Under the pieces are notes generated by a model. That model was not told the DNA's origin. It ran no database searches and saw only the letters and a program-made list of their open reading frames with translations. 41,727 nucleotides of DNA from IMG/VR virus record IMGVR_UViG_3300047545_000413, positions 1 through 41,727 of that record. The stretch is one strand, 5' to 3'. Both the position numbers and the translations under genes were made by a program. Shown here piece after piece: positions 17,106-26,996 of the stretch (the first letter of the stretch is position 1; each line of letters starts with the position of its first letter). Source of the stretch: a virus (Duplodnaviria; Caudoviricetes).

Positions 17106-18317
17106 ATGACGATTGCATCACAAATCAAGCGCAAAGTCTTTATTGGCAAACAGTCTGCCCTTGGGACAAAGGCACTAGCCAATTCAGGCAAAACTTACAA
17201 CTATCGTGACGGTGGATTGTCTGGCGGTTTGACCAAAGATGCTTTTGAGTCAAACACTATTCGTACAGACCAACAGCGTCAAAACGCAACACACGGAACT
17301 CGATCTGTCACCAAAACACTAGATCAAGAGTTTCAAGTTGGCGGACATACAGCCTTACTGGAAGGCGCATTGCGTAGCACATTTGCTACTGGAGCAACCA
17401 CAGGCTCACTAACGACTATTGGATTAAACGCTACTACTCGCACCATTAGTCGTAGCAGTGGGTCATTTATTACCGATGGCTTTAAAGTTGGCGATATTGT
17501 TCGTGCAACTGGTTTTGTTGCAACAGCAAACAACAATGTAAACTTCCGTATTGTTACAGTAAGTGCATTGGCAATGACATTTGCTAATGATGCTTGGCTT
17601 GGAATATTGGTAACAGAAGTTGCTGGAGCAACTGTAACTGTAGCTGCTGCTGGTAAAAAGTTATCAGTTCCATTAACAGACCATACAAACGATTACTTCA
17701 CCATTGAAGAATGGAATGAAGATATTGCCCAGTCTGAAAGCGATCTGGATTGCAAAGTAAGCTCGGTAGCGATTGCCATTCCAGCAAACGGAAACGCAAC
17801 AATTAACTTTGGCTTCTTGGGTCGTAACGCAACATACGACACAGTGCAATACTTTAGCTCTCCTACAGCAGCCCCGAATGGAGATATTCTTGCTGGTACA
17901 ACTGGCTTGCTTTCATACAATGGCGTAGATTCAGTAGTACTAACCAATGTCACGATTGACCTTGATGCAGGCGCAGAAATTAAAGCGGTTGTGGGATCGA
18001 ACATTTCGCCTGATGTATTTACAAGCGCAGTGGTAGTTAGTGGCTCAATGTCTGCCTTGTATGAAGATGCAACAATCTTGAATGATTTTGATGATGAGGC
18101 AGAAGCCCCATTATTCATTTACTTGTTTGCAGATAGTTCTGCCAATAGTGACTTTGTAATCATTAAATTGCCAAACATTAAGATTAACTCTGCTGAGAAA
18201 GCATCTGACGGCACAGCAATTAGCCTGTCAAGCAACTTTAGTGCTGGTGTATTGCTTGATGGATCGACAACTCAAGAGCAAACCACCATTGTTATTGTAG
18301 ATAGCTCAGTAGCATAA
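17106..18317 (+). CDS. Major tail tube protein
   Basis: 403 aa; ESNTIRTDQQR N-terminal motif; position before the chaperones and tape measure. Confidence 0.75.
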   Translation: MTIASQIKRKVFIGKQSALGTKALANSGKTYNYRDGGLSGGLTKDAFESNTIRTDQQRQNATHGTRSVTKTLDQEFQVGGHTALLEGALRSTFATGATTGSLTTIGLNATTRTISRSSGSFITDGFKVGDIVRATGFVATANNNVNFRIVTVSALAMTFANDAWLGILVTEVAGATVTVAAAGKKLSVPLTDHTNDYFTIEEWNEDIAQSESDLDCKVSSVAIAIPANGNATINFGFLGRNATYDTVQYFSSPTAAPNGDILAGTTGLLSYNGVDSVVLTNVTIDLDAGAEIKAVVGSNISPDVFTSAVVVSGSMSALYEDATILNDFDDEAEAPLFIYLFADSSANSDFVIIKLPNIKINSAEKASDGTAISLSSNFSAGVLLDGSTTQEQTTIVIVDSSVA

Positions 18318-18380
18318 AAGTTTTATTAACCTGATTAATGGGGGACAGTGTTCCCCATTTAGTCATTTCCAGAGGAAAAC

Positions 18381-18773
18381 ATGGACTTAAATAAACTTGA
18401 CCTTACCAAGTTGTCAAACGAAGGCATTTGGTACACCTTAAAACACCCAGTATCAAACAAAGATCTGCCAATCAAGATTAAAATTATTGGTAAGGATTCA
18501 GATAAGTTTATTAAGCTATCAGAAGATTTTAGGCGGGCTGCTTTAGAAGATATGAAAGCCAACAAATCGGCAGAACAGCGTTTAGAGGCATCCAAAGAAT
18601 ATGGTGATGCAATACTGGTTGCCTGTACAGTAGCATGGGATGGGGTAGAGCTTGACGGAAAGAAAATGGAATGTACACCAGATAATGTTAAAACAGTGTA
18701 TGAACGATTTGCTTGGATCAAGGAACAGATTGACTCTGCCATAGCTGATCGAGCAAATTTTATCAAGCCCTGA
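18381..18773 (+). CDS. Tail assembly chaperone (lambda gpG analogue)
   Basis: Between tube and tape measure; ends WIKEQID...RANFIKP with a slippery site. Confidence 0.75.
   Translation: MDLNKLDLTKLSNEGIWYTLKHPVSNKDLPIKIKIIGKDSDKFIKLSEDFRRAALEDMKANKSAEQRLEASKEYGDAILVACTVAWDGVELDGKKMECTPDNVKTVYERFAWIKEQIDSAIADRANFIKP
18755..18761 (+). other. Programmed -1 ribosomal frameshift site A AAT TTT
   Basis: X XXY YYZ heptamer in the correct phase; the -1 frame is open from 18761 into ORF 18812-19147. Confidence 0.75.
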
Positions 18774-19147
18774 TTACCCAGCTAGGAGCGTTTACTAAGC
18801 ATTACATTAAAATGCACATAGCAGATAAGCAGGGCAATACGAAATACGATTTACTTAGCAAGTTTAGTCAAAAAACAGGAAAAACCCATCCAGATTTAAT
18901 ATTCCCTGATCTGGATGAAATGGCATTGTATATTTGGGAATGGTTCATTGAGCTAAACTCTCAGCGAACTAGCAATGGATTTGGTCAAAACCCCATTACT
19001 TATTTGGATATACAGGCTTGGGCTAGTTTAACTGGCAGGTTTCCTTTAGCATGGGAAGTCAGGGCATTACGCAACATGGACATGATCTGGCTATCAGAAA
19101 TGAGTAAAAATAGAGATAGTCAAATAACGGACAGCAAGATAAAATAA
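18761..19147 (+). CDS. Tail assembly chaperone extension (gpT analogue, G-T fusion)
   Basis: YIWEWFIEL...R..NGFG.NPITY motif; in the -1 frame of the upstream chaperone. Confidence 0.7.
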   Translation, partial: YQALITQLGAFTKHYIKMHIADKQGNTKYDLLSKFSQKTGKTHPDLIFPDLDEMALYIWEWFIELNSQRTSNGFGQNPITYLDIQAWASLTGRFPLAWEVRALRNMDMIWLSEMSKNRDSQITDSKIK

Positions 19148-19169
19148 TCCAATGTAAATAGGGGGCTAT

Positions 19170-21044
19170 ATGTCAGCAGTTTTAGAAGTTTTAATTAAGA
19201 CCGATGCTGCTAAAGCTACCTCAGAACTTAAAGCATTGGAAACTCAAGCAGCCAAAACTGCTACTGGCACTGAGAAGATTGAGAAAGCAACTCAAGCAGC
19301 AAACTCATCATACAAAGGGTTTGGTGGTGGAGTTCGTAACGCATCATATCAGCTTTCTGACTTTGTAGTACAGGTACAGGGTGGCACATCAGCACTCAGG
19401 GCATTGGGTCAGCAATTGCCACAATTGTTAGCAGGCTTTGGATTATTCGGAGTTGTCGCTGGACTAGCCTCTACAGTCGTTATTGCCATTATTGAGAACT
19501 TTGATTTATTTGCCAGTAAGTCTGATAAAGCATCGCAAGCATTAAATAGGTTTAATACAGAGCTAAATAACGCATCAGGTCTTGGGGATAGGGTATCAAC
19601 ATTTGTTAAGGCTTTTGGTAGCAGTTCTGCTGATGGATGGGTTGATTATGTAAGAACATACAACAAGGCTTCTGCTGAACAGCGTGAAGAAATGAACAAG
19701 TGGCTTGATTTAAATTTGATTGTAGAACAAGCAAAATTACAATCATTGTTAAGTGAGCAACAAGTAGGCACTAAATTAAAGTCTTATTTAGCTTTGTCTA
19801 TTCCATTTGCGCCATCTGATTTGTTTAAGCCTGACGAAGAAAGACAAACGCAATTAACTTTGCTGATTAGAAAACAAACAGACGAAATTAAACGATTAGA
19901 AGCAGCTAGGCGAGGTGATTTTGCTGCTGCAACTCAGGGCAACAAAGCATCTGAGCAAGCAGGAATTACAGTACAGCAACGCATTGATGCGTTTAGAGCT
20001 GAAGCGCAATACATTGGCGTATCTAATGCAGAGCGTGAAAAGGGCATGGTATTAGCTGAACTAGAAGCCCAAGCAAAAAGAAACGGAATTGGATTAAACC
20101 AACAAGAGATTGCAGAACTTAAACAGCTTATTGAATTAAAGCATACTGCACTGCAAACAGTTGAAATTGAAAAGTACGCTACAGCGCAAAAGACCGCTAA
20201 TAACATCTTGCGTGAACAGGGCATGGCAATTCAAATGTCCACAAGAGAATATCAAAAGCTAGTAGAGCAAAAGCGACTAGAAGGTGTTATCCAAGAAAAA
20301 ACTGTAGGATGGAACGCAACTGAGGCTGAAACATTTAGACAACGAGCGCAATTTTATCTGCAAGAGAAGCAGGCTTTGGATGACATAAATTATGCAAAGC
20401 AAAGAACTTTTGGAGCTGGTGCTACTGCTGCAATAAAGAAGTATGGAGAAGATGCAAGCAATATCGGCACTCAAGTCAGCACATCGTTTACCAATGCGTT
20501 TAGGGGAATGGAAGATGCCATAGTCCAGTTCACAATGACAGGCAAAGCTAGTTTTACAGACTTTGCATTAAGCGTTATTGCAGACATACAGCGCATCTTA
20601 ATTAAGCAGGCATTATTAGGTGCTGGATTAGGCGGTGGTGGCAATGGTGCTTTAGGTGGGCTAATTGGTGCTGGTTTGACTTCGCTAACATCCTATTTCT
20701 CACCATCTTCTGTAGCAACGGATTTTACTGCTGGTGGAACTATATCTTCTTACGGTGAGATGAACGCATTGCCTTCATTTGCTGTTGGTACGAATTATGT
20801 TCCTAAAGATATGATTGCCCAAATCCACAAAGGAGAGGCGATTGTTCCAGCACAATATAACCCTTCTGCTGGCGGTGCTGGTGGTAATGTTAATAATGTA
20901 ACCGTTCAAGTAAATATGAATGGATCTGATAAGATTAATGCAAATAGTTCTGATGCAAACAAACTTGGCGTGGTTATATCTAATGCAGTTAAAGCAGAAA
21001 TTGTTAAGCAACAGCGCAATGGTGGCTTACTAAGCGGAGCATAG
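19170..21044 (+). CDS. Tail tape measure protein (lambda-type C-terminus)
   Basis: Ala/Gln-rich helical 624 aa; FTMTGKASFTDFA.SVIAD and FAVGTNYVP.DM.A.IHKGE motifs. Confidence 0.9.
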   Translation: MSAVLEVLIKTDAAKATSELKALETQAAKTATGTEKIEKATQAANSSYKGFGGGVRNASYQLSDFVVQVQGGTSALRALGQQLPQLLAGFGLFGVVAGLASTVVIAIIENFDLFASKSDKASQALNRFNTELNNASGLGDRVSTFVKAFGSSSADGWVDYVRTYNKASAEQREEMNKWLDLNLIVEQAKLQSLLSEQQVGTKLKSYLALSIPFAPSDLFKPDEERQTQLTLLIRKQTDEIKRLEAARRGDFAAATQGNKASEQAGITVQQRIDAFRAEAQYIGVSNAEREKGMVLAELEAQAKRNGIGLNQQEIAELKQLIELKHTALQTVEIEKYATAQKTANNILREQGMAIQMSTREYQKLVEQKRLEGVIQEKTVGWNATEAETFRQRAQFYLQEKQALDDINYAKQRTFGAGATAAIKKYGEDASNIGTQVSTSFTNAFRGMEDAIVQFTMTGKASFTDFALSVIADIQRILIKQALLGAGLGGGGNGALGGLIGAGLTSLTSYFSPSSVATDFTAGGTISSYGEMNALPSFAVGTNYVPKDMIAQIHKGEAIVPAQYNPSAGGAGGNVNNVTVQVNMNGSDKINANSSDANKLGVVISNAVKAEIVKQQRNGGLLSGA

Positions 21045-21045
21045 A

Positions 21046-21381
21046 ATGGCTGAATTTACATACATACCTGATTTTGGCGCAACAAAAAAGCTACAGCCTA
21101 AAGTTAATGCTATAGCTTTTGGTGATGGTTACGCCCAAAGAGCCACAATGGGTTTAAATAATAATCCTCAAATATGGTCTTTATCATTTGCAAATAGAAC
21201 GGACACAGAGGCGGAAGCCATTGATGCCTTCTTAACAGCAAGAGGTGGAGTAGAGTCATTTGACTGGACTCCTTATGGCGAATCTGCTGGCAAATATGTT
21301 TGCAGTGAATGGTCTAAATCAATAGATGGATTTAATCGCAACACTATTCAAGCAACTTTTCAGCAGGTTTTTGAGGCTTAA
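21046..21381 (+). CDS. Minor tail protein (lambda gpM-like distal tail)
   Basis: FGDGYAQR...GLN, FL...GG..SFDWTP and ATFQQVF motifs. Confidence 0.88.
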   Translation: MAEFTYIPDFGATKKLQPKVNAIAFGDGYAQRATMGLNNNPQIWSLSFANRTDTEAEAIDAFLTARGGVESFDWTPYGESAGKYVCSEWSKSIDGFNRNTIQATFQQVFEA

Positions 21382-21382
21382 C

Positions 21383-22087
21383 ATGACTCCAGAATCTATT
21401 ACCTCAGAAATTCAAAAGCTAGAACCAAGCTCTATAATTGAGTTATTTCAATTAGACGCTACTAGCTTTGGCGGAGATATTTATTATTTTCACGCTGGCA
21501 CAAATGGATTAAGACAAAACATTACTTGGCAAGGTCAAGAGTATGTAGCCTATCCCATTGAAGCAACTGGATTTGAGTTTTCTGCTGGCGGTCAATTGCC
21601 TAGACCTAAATTGGTAGCATCCAATGTAACGGGAATTATTACTGCGCTGACAATCGCTTATAACGATTTATTGGGAGCAAAAGTCATTAGAAAACGCACT
21701 ATGGCTAAATACCTAGATGCAGTTAATTTTGATGGTGGTGTAAACCCTGATGCAGACGATACAGCATACTTTCCTGATGATATTTATTTTATTGAGCATA
21801 AGGCAAATGAGAATCGTCAATTAGTTGAATTTGAGTTATCAGCCTCATTTGATGTGCAAGGAGTTAAATTACCAAGACGGCAGATTATTCAGAATATTTG
21901 CCCTTGGCGTTATCGCAGTGCAGAGTGCAGTTATGCTGGGACTAATTATTTTGACGCTAATGACAATGCTGTAGCGTCTAGTGGATTAGATGTTTGTGGC
22001 AAAAGACTAAGCTCATGCGAGGCTAGATTTGGTACAAATAATGAATTGCCGTTCGGGGGTTTTATAGCTGCGGGCTTAATAAAGTGA
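21383..22087 (+). CDS. Minor tail protein (lambda gpL-like)
   Basis: Start moved to ATG 21383; CPWRYRSAECSY...DVCGKRLSSC cysteine pattern; LPFGGF. Confidence 0.9.
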   Translation: MTPESITSEIQKLEPSSIIELFQLDATSFGGDIYYFHAGTNGLRQNITWQGQEYVAYPIEATGFEFSAGGQLPRPKLVASNVTGIITALTIAYNDLLGAKVIRKRTMAKYLDAVNFDGGVNPDADDTAYFPDDIYFIEHKANENRQLVEFELSASFDVQGVKLPRRQIIQNICPWRYRSAECSYAGTNYFDANDNAVASSGLDVCGKRLSSCEARFGTNNELPFGGFIAAGLIK

Positions 22088-22794
22088 AGCTAAATGATGA
22101 TATTAAGTTAGCGATCACTAACCACGCAAAAGAAGAATCTCCTAGAGAGGCTTGTGGTTTAGTCATCATATTTAAAGGTAGGCAACGCTATATCCCATGT
22201 CGTAACCTAGCTAATGGGACAGATAACTTTATACTTGACCCAAAGGACTACGAAATAGCCGATCAGGAAGGCGAAATAGTATCAGTAGTACATAGCCATC
22301 CAAATACTAGCGTAAACCCGTCACAAGCCGATTTAGTGTCTTGTGAGTCAAGTGGATTGCCATGGTTTATTATTGGACTGCCTAGCGAACAATGGGCATA
22401 TATAGAGCCAAAGGGTTATATTGCCCCATTAGTAGGCAGAACTTGGTCACATGGTGTTTTAGACTGTTATGCCATTATTCGTGATTGGTACAAACAAGAG
22501 CGCAATATTAATCTGCCAAACTTTGATAGGTCAGACGATTGGTGGAAAAGGGGCGAAAATCTTTATTTGGACAATTTTGGCAAAGCAGGATTTATTGAAA
22601 CTACTCAAGACAAACTGAAAACTGGTGATGTCATACTAATGACGATTAACTCTAGCGTTCCTAATCATGGAGCTTTATACTTAGGCGATGGATTAATCTT
22701 GCATCATATTCATGGAAGGCTATCTACTAGAGAAGTCTTTGGTGGATATTACTTGAAAAACACTACGCACTATTTGAAATATGAAAACAGTTAA
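22084..22794 (+). CDS. Tail assembly protein (lambda gpK-like; JAB + NlpC/P60)
   Basis: EACG...VHSHP...PSQAD; DCY...NHGALY...HH motifs. Confidence 0.9.
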   Translation: MKLNDDIKLAITNHAKEESPREACGLVIIFKGRQRYIPCRNLANGTDNFILDPKDYEIADQEGEIVSVVHSHPNTSVNPSQADLVSCESSGLPWFIIGLPSEQWAYIEPKGYIAPLVGRTWSHGVLDCYAIIRDWYKQERNINLPNFDRSDDWWKRGENLYLDNFGKAGFIETTQDKLKTGDVILMTINSSVPNHGALYLGDGLILHHIHGRLSTREVFGGYYLKNTTHYLKYENS

Positions 22795-23398
22795 ATTGCT
22801 TGGAGAATTAGGCAAAGAGTTTGGAAAAGAGTTCAAGCTAGATATTGCCACACCTGCTGAAGCAATTAGAGCGTTATGTGCGAATTTTCCTAATTTAGAG
22901 CGTCATTTGGTTGAGTCAGAAAAGCGTGGAGTAGCTTACAAAGTTATTGTTGGTAAAAAGGCACAATTAATTGGAGATTTAATTAACCCATCAGGTAAGC
23001 AAGAAATAAAAATTGTTCCAGTATTACAAGGTGCTGGCGGTGATACTGGTATGTTTATTTTAGGTGCTGCATTAGTTGTCGCCTCATTTTATGTTCCTAC
23101 AGCTATGTTTGCAGTAGAGGCTGCATTAGCCACTGGAGTAAGCGTAACAACAATGGCTTCTTACGCATTTACAGTGGGTGCTATGTTGGCTTTAGCTGGA
23201 GCAGCAAGTATTCTTAGTCCAAAGCAAAATGGCTCAGCACAAGACATGAATAATTCCCCTGACAACAAACCATCATATACATTTAATGGGGCAGTAAACA
23301 CTATAGCACAAGGTTACCCCGTTCCTGTAGGTTATGGTCGAATGATTGTTGGTAGTGCCGTAATTAGCGCAGGAATTGTTGCAGAGGAATTGCCATGA
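22781..23398 (+). CDS. Tail assembly protein (lambda gpI-like)
   Basis: TPAEAIRAL and SY.F.G.VN...QGYPVPVGYG motifs. Confidence 0.88.
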   Translation: MKTVKLLGELGKEFGKEFKLDIATPAEAIRALCANFPNLERHLVESEKRGVAYKVIVGKKAQLIGDLINPSGKQEIKIVPVLQGAGGDTGMFILGAALVVASFYVPTAMFAVEAALATGVSVTTMASYAFTVGAMLALAGAASILSPKQNGSAQDMNNSPDNKPSYTFNGAVNTIAQGYPVPVGYGRMIVGSAVISAGIVAEELP

Positions 23399-26300
23399 GT
23401 AAAAAGATTAGGGGTTCTGGTGGTGGTGGTGGCGGTAAAGGTGGCGGCGGTGGTGGTGGTGGTCGTGTTGCTCAAGAATCACCAGACTCATTACGCTCAA
23501 TTGCTTATGCTTCTGTATTAGATTTAGTTTCTGAAGGTGAAATTGAAGGTCTTGCTAATGGCTTGCAATCTGTTTATTTTGATGGCACTCCACTTCAAAA
23601 CGAAAATGGAAGTTTCAATTTTACTGGTGCTACAGTAGTAGCCACTAGCGGAACACAAGCCCAATCCTATATTCAAGGCTTTCCTGCCGTAGAAAGTGAG
23701 AATGGTGTAGGAGTGCAAGTTGAATATGCCACTCCAATTACAAGACAAATTAGCAACTCAGAAGTGGATGCGGTTCGTGTGCGTGTATCCGTACCACAAT
23801 TAACTAGCCAAAATACTAGCAATGGAGATATTAGCGGTAGTACAGTGCAATATGCGATTGACATTCAATCTAATGGTGGTGGTTATGTGCCACAAGTTTT
23901 AGGAGCCACTTGGTCTAATGGTGCTGTTAATATTATTTCTAGCACACAAGTTAAGTCTAACCAAAATGTTTATCAAATAGAAATAGATGTAAGTTTAGAT
24001 GGCTTTGTAGGCTCATATGAGGTGCAATACAAAAAGCAAGCTGATACAGTATGGCTAACTGCTGGGGTTACGGCAAGACCAAATACAGTTTATTTAACAG
24101 GAAAATTTGAAGGAAATTTAGTTCTTGGAACTACATTTTCAATGCCGTTACGAGATTTTGATTTATGGGAAATGAGAATTGTTTATAGTGGCTTTGGTGG
24201 GCAAGGAATACAGCAAGCAAGAGGTAACTACGGATCTCCATATGCCACAATTAACGGAAAAACTACATCCAAATATGAGCGATCCCATAGAATTGAATTA
24301 ACTGGGGAAGCTCCATGGGATGTTCGTGTACGCAGAATTACACCAGACTCAACAACTTCGGCTTTGCAAAACAAGACTTATTGGGAATCTTATACAGAAA
24401 TTATTGATGGCAAGTTTCGGTATCCTAACTCGGCTATCGTTGGCATTAGAATTGATGCTTCTCAGTTTGATTCTATTCCAACTAGAGCTTATGACCTAAA
24501 GCTATTAAAAGTAAAAATACCTTCAAATTACAATCCATTAACTAGAGCATATACAGGAATATGGGATGGCACATTTACAGTAGCATGGACAGATAACCCT
24601 GCTTGGTGCTTTTATGACTTACTAACTAATACTCGCTATGGTCTAGGTGATTTTATCCCAGAATCACAAGTTGATAAATGGACTTTGTATTCTATTGGTC
24701 GCTATTGTGATGAATTAGTGCCAGACGGATTTGGTGGAACAGAGCCTAGATATACTTGTAATCTTTATTTGCAAAATAGACAAGAGGCATACACGCTAGT
24801 AAATAGCATGGCTTCTATATTTAGAGGTATGCCATATTGGTCTAGCGGTTCTATTACTCTAGGCTATGACGCTCCATCTGACCCTGTATATCAATTCACT
24901 AATGCCAATGTTATTGATGGAATGTTTAATTATGTTGGTAGCTCATTAAAGGCTCGCCATACCGTTGCTTTGGTAACTTGGAACGATCCAGAAGATAGAT
25001 ACACTCAAAAGGTTGAGTATGTAGAAGATGCTGACGGGATTATCCGTTATGGAATTATTCAGACTGAAGTAGTTGCTGTAGGATGCACTTCAAGAGGACA
25101 AGCCAATCGTGTTGGAAGATGGATTTTATATACTGAGCAATCAGAAACAGAAGTAATATCATTTAAAACTGGTCTTGAAGGCAATGTTATTAGACCTTCA
25201 CAAGTCATTCAAGTTGCTGATAAAGATAGGGCTGGAACTCGTATTGGTGGCAGAATATCTAGCGCAACAAGTGCTGTTATTAGCGTAGATCAAGATGTGA
25301 GTGGAATTGCTAATATTGGCACAGGAACTTTATCAGTAATATTGCCAGATGGAACACTTGAATCTAGGGCTATTTCATCAGTTTCAACAAATGAAATTAC
25401 TGTTTCAAATCCGTTTAGCCAAGTGCCATCGCATAATGCAATATGGATGGTTCAAACATCTACACTATCTTTACAAACATTTAGGGTTACTTCAGCAGTA
25501 GAAGATAAAGATGGAATAGCCATTACAGCATTGGCACATAATCCTGATAAATATGCGAGCATTGAACAAGGATTAAAACTACAGCCAAGAACTATAAGCA
25601 ATTTGTCTGTAGTTCCAGTTGCGCCAAGCAATATTGTAGCAACAGAAGCATTATATGAAGACGGGGCTGATATTAAAGTTTTAGTAACAGTTTCGTGGAG
25701 TCCTGTAGATGGTGCTACAGCCTACCAACTTTCGTACAAAGTAGGCGACAGAAACTACATTACTTTGCCAAACACATCATCTACTTCTGTTGATATTCGT
25801 AGCGCATTAGAAGGAGATTACCAGTTTAAAGTAATCGCTATTAACAGCATTAACAAAAAAAGCGTACCAACAACATTAAACCATACGATTTACGGCAAAA
25901 CTTTGCCACCAGCAGATGTAGAGAATTTCTCTATTAATATTATTGGAACTCAGGCTCATTTAAGCTGGAGTCCAGTAGGTGATTTAGACTTATCCCATTA
26001 TCGTATTCGCCATTCAAGATTAACTACTGGCGCAACATACTCTGATGCTGTTGATTTAGTCTTTAAAGTATCTCGCCCTGCTGTGTCTATTGTTGTCCCT
26101 GCAATGACAGGCACATACTTTATTAAGGCTTATGACAAACTAGACAACGCTTCTATTAACGCCACAGCTTCAGTGGCATTGGTAAATGACATTACAGGGT
26201 TAAATGTTATTGAAACGATTACTGAATCTCCTTTATTTACAGGAAGTAAATATGAGTGCTCGGTTAGTGACGATGGATTAATTCTTGATACGGCAGTGGA

Positions 26301-26988
26301 TTTTGATAGCGTTTCTGGCGACTTTGACGAAGTTGTGGGGCTATTCGATGGCGGTGGTGGAACTACATCTACCTACGGCACATACGAATTTGCTGAGGTA
26401 TTGGATTTAGGAAATGTATATACAAGCCGTATTACGAGCTATGTAGAGGTTGGTAGGGTTGATTATGTAAATACATTTGATTCAAAAGAAGGCTTATTTG
26501 ATGCCACTTTAGGTGAGTTTGATGGTGACCCAGACAGCTTTGATGACACTAATGTGGAATTATGGGTATCTACGACTAATGACGACCCAAATGCAACACC
26601 TACATGGACAGACTATCGCCAGTTCTTTGTAGGTGATTACACTGCTAGAGGATTTAGATTTAAGGCTATTTTGACATCTAGCGATGAAACAGCTAGTCCA
26701 ATATTAAAAGTATTAAGAATTAATGTAGATATGCCTGATAGAGTAATTGGCGGTAATGATATTTCTACTGGAACTGATGGCGGTGGATATTCTGTTACAT
26801 TTACACCATCCTTTAAAGTATCTCCTAGCATTGGTATCATGGCACAAAATTTATCACAAGGCGACTATTACGAAATACCCACAAAATCAGCGTCAGGATT
26901 TACAATTAGGTTCAAGAACGCAAGCGGTACTGTGGTTAGCAGGACAATGGACTATGTAGCTAAAGGCTATGGTGAACTTGTAACTTAG
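23395..26988 (+). CDS. Tail tip / host-specificity protein (lambda gpJ-like) with Fn3 domains
   Basis: DLVSEGEIEG, WTDNPAWCFYD and GCTSRGQA.R motifs; 1197 aa. Confidence 0.9.
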   Translation: MSKKIRGSGGGGGGKGGGGGGGGRVAQESPDSLRSIAYASVLDLVSEGEIEGLANGLQSVYFDGTPLQNENGSFNFTGATVVATSGTQAQSYIQGFPAVESENGVGVQVEYATPITRQISNSEVDAVRVRVSVPQLTSQNTSNGDISGSTVQYAIDIQSNGGGYVPQVLGATWSNGAVNIISSTQVKSNQNVYQIEIDVSLDGFVGSYEVQYKKQADTVWLTAGVTARPNTVYLTGKFEGNLVLGTTFSMPLRDFDLWEMRIVYSGFGGQGIQQARGNYGSPYATINGKTTSKYERSHRIELTGEAPWDVRVRRITPDSTTSALQNKTYWESYTEIIDGKFRYPNSAIVGIRIDASQFDSIPTRAYDLKLLKVKIPSNYNPLTRAYTGIWDGTFTVAWTDNPAWCFYDLLTNTRYGLGDFIPESQVDKWTLYSIGRYCDELVPDGFGGTEPRYTCNLYLQNRQEAYTLVNSMASIFRGMPYWSSGSITLGYDAPSDPVYQFTNANVIDGMFNYVGSSLKARHTVALVTWNDPEDRYTQKVEYVEDADGIIRYGIIQTEVVAVGCTSRGQANRVGRWILYTEQSETEVISFKTGLEGNVIRPSQVIQVADKDRAGTRIGGRISSATSAVISVDQDVSGIANIGTGTLSVILPDGTLESRAISSVSTNEITVSNPFSQVPSHNAIWMVQTSTLSLQTFRVTSAVEDKDGIAITALAHNPDKYASIEQGLKLQPRTISNLSVVPVAPSNIVATEALYEDGADIKVLVTVSWSPVDGATAYQLSYKVGDRNYITLPNTSSTSVDIRSALEGDYQFKVIAINSINKKSVPTTLNHTIYGKTLPPADVENFSINIIGTQAHLSWSPVGDLDLSHYRIRHSRLTTGATYSDAVDLVFKVSRPAVSIVVPAMTGTYFIKAYDKLDNASINATASVALVNDITGLNVIETITESPLFTGSKYECSVSDDGLILDTAVDFDSVSGDFDEVVGLFDGGGGTTSTYGTYEFAEVLDLGNVYTSRITSYVEVGRVDYVNTFDSKEGLFDATLGEFDGDPDSFDDTNVELWVSTTNDDPNATPTWTDYRQFFVGDYTARGFRFKAILTSSDETASPILKVLRINVDMPDRVIGGNDISTGTDGGGYSVTFTPSFKVSPSIGIMAQNLSQGDYYEIPTKSASGFTIRFKNASGTVVSRTMDYVAKGYGELVT

Positions 26989-26996
26989 GAGAATAT

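Noticed and set aside
23419-23463. GGT/GGC trinucleotide run
   Set aside because: Encodes the poly-Gly N-terminus commonly seen in gpJ-like proteins.
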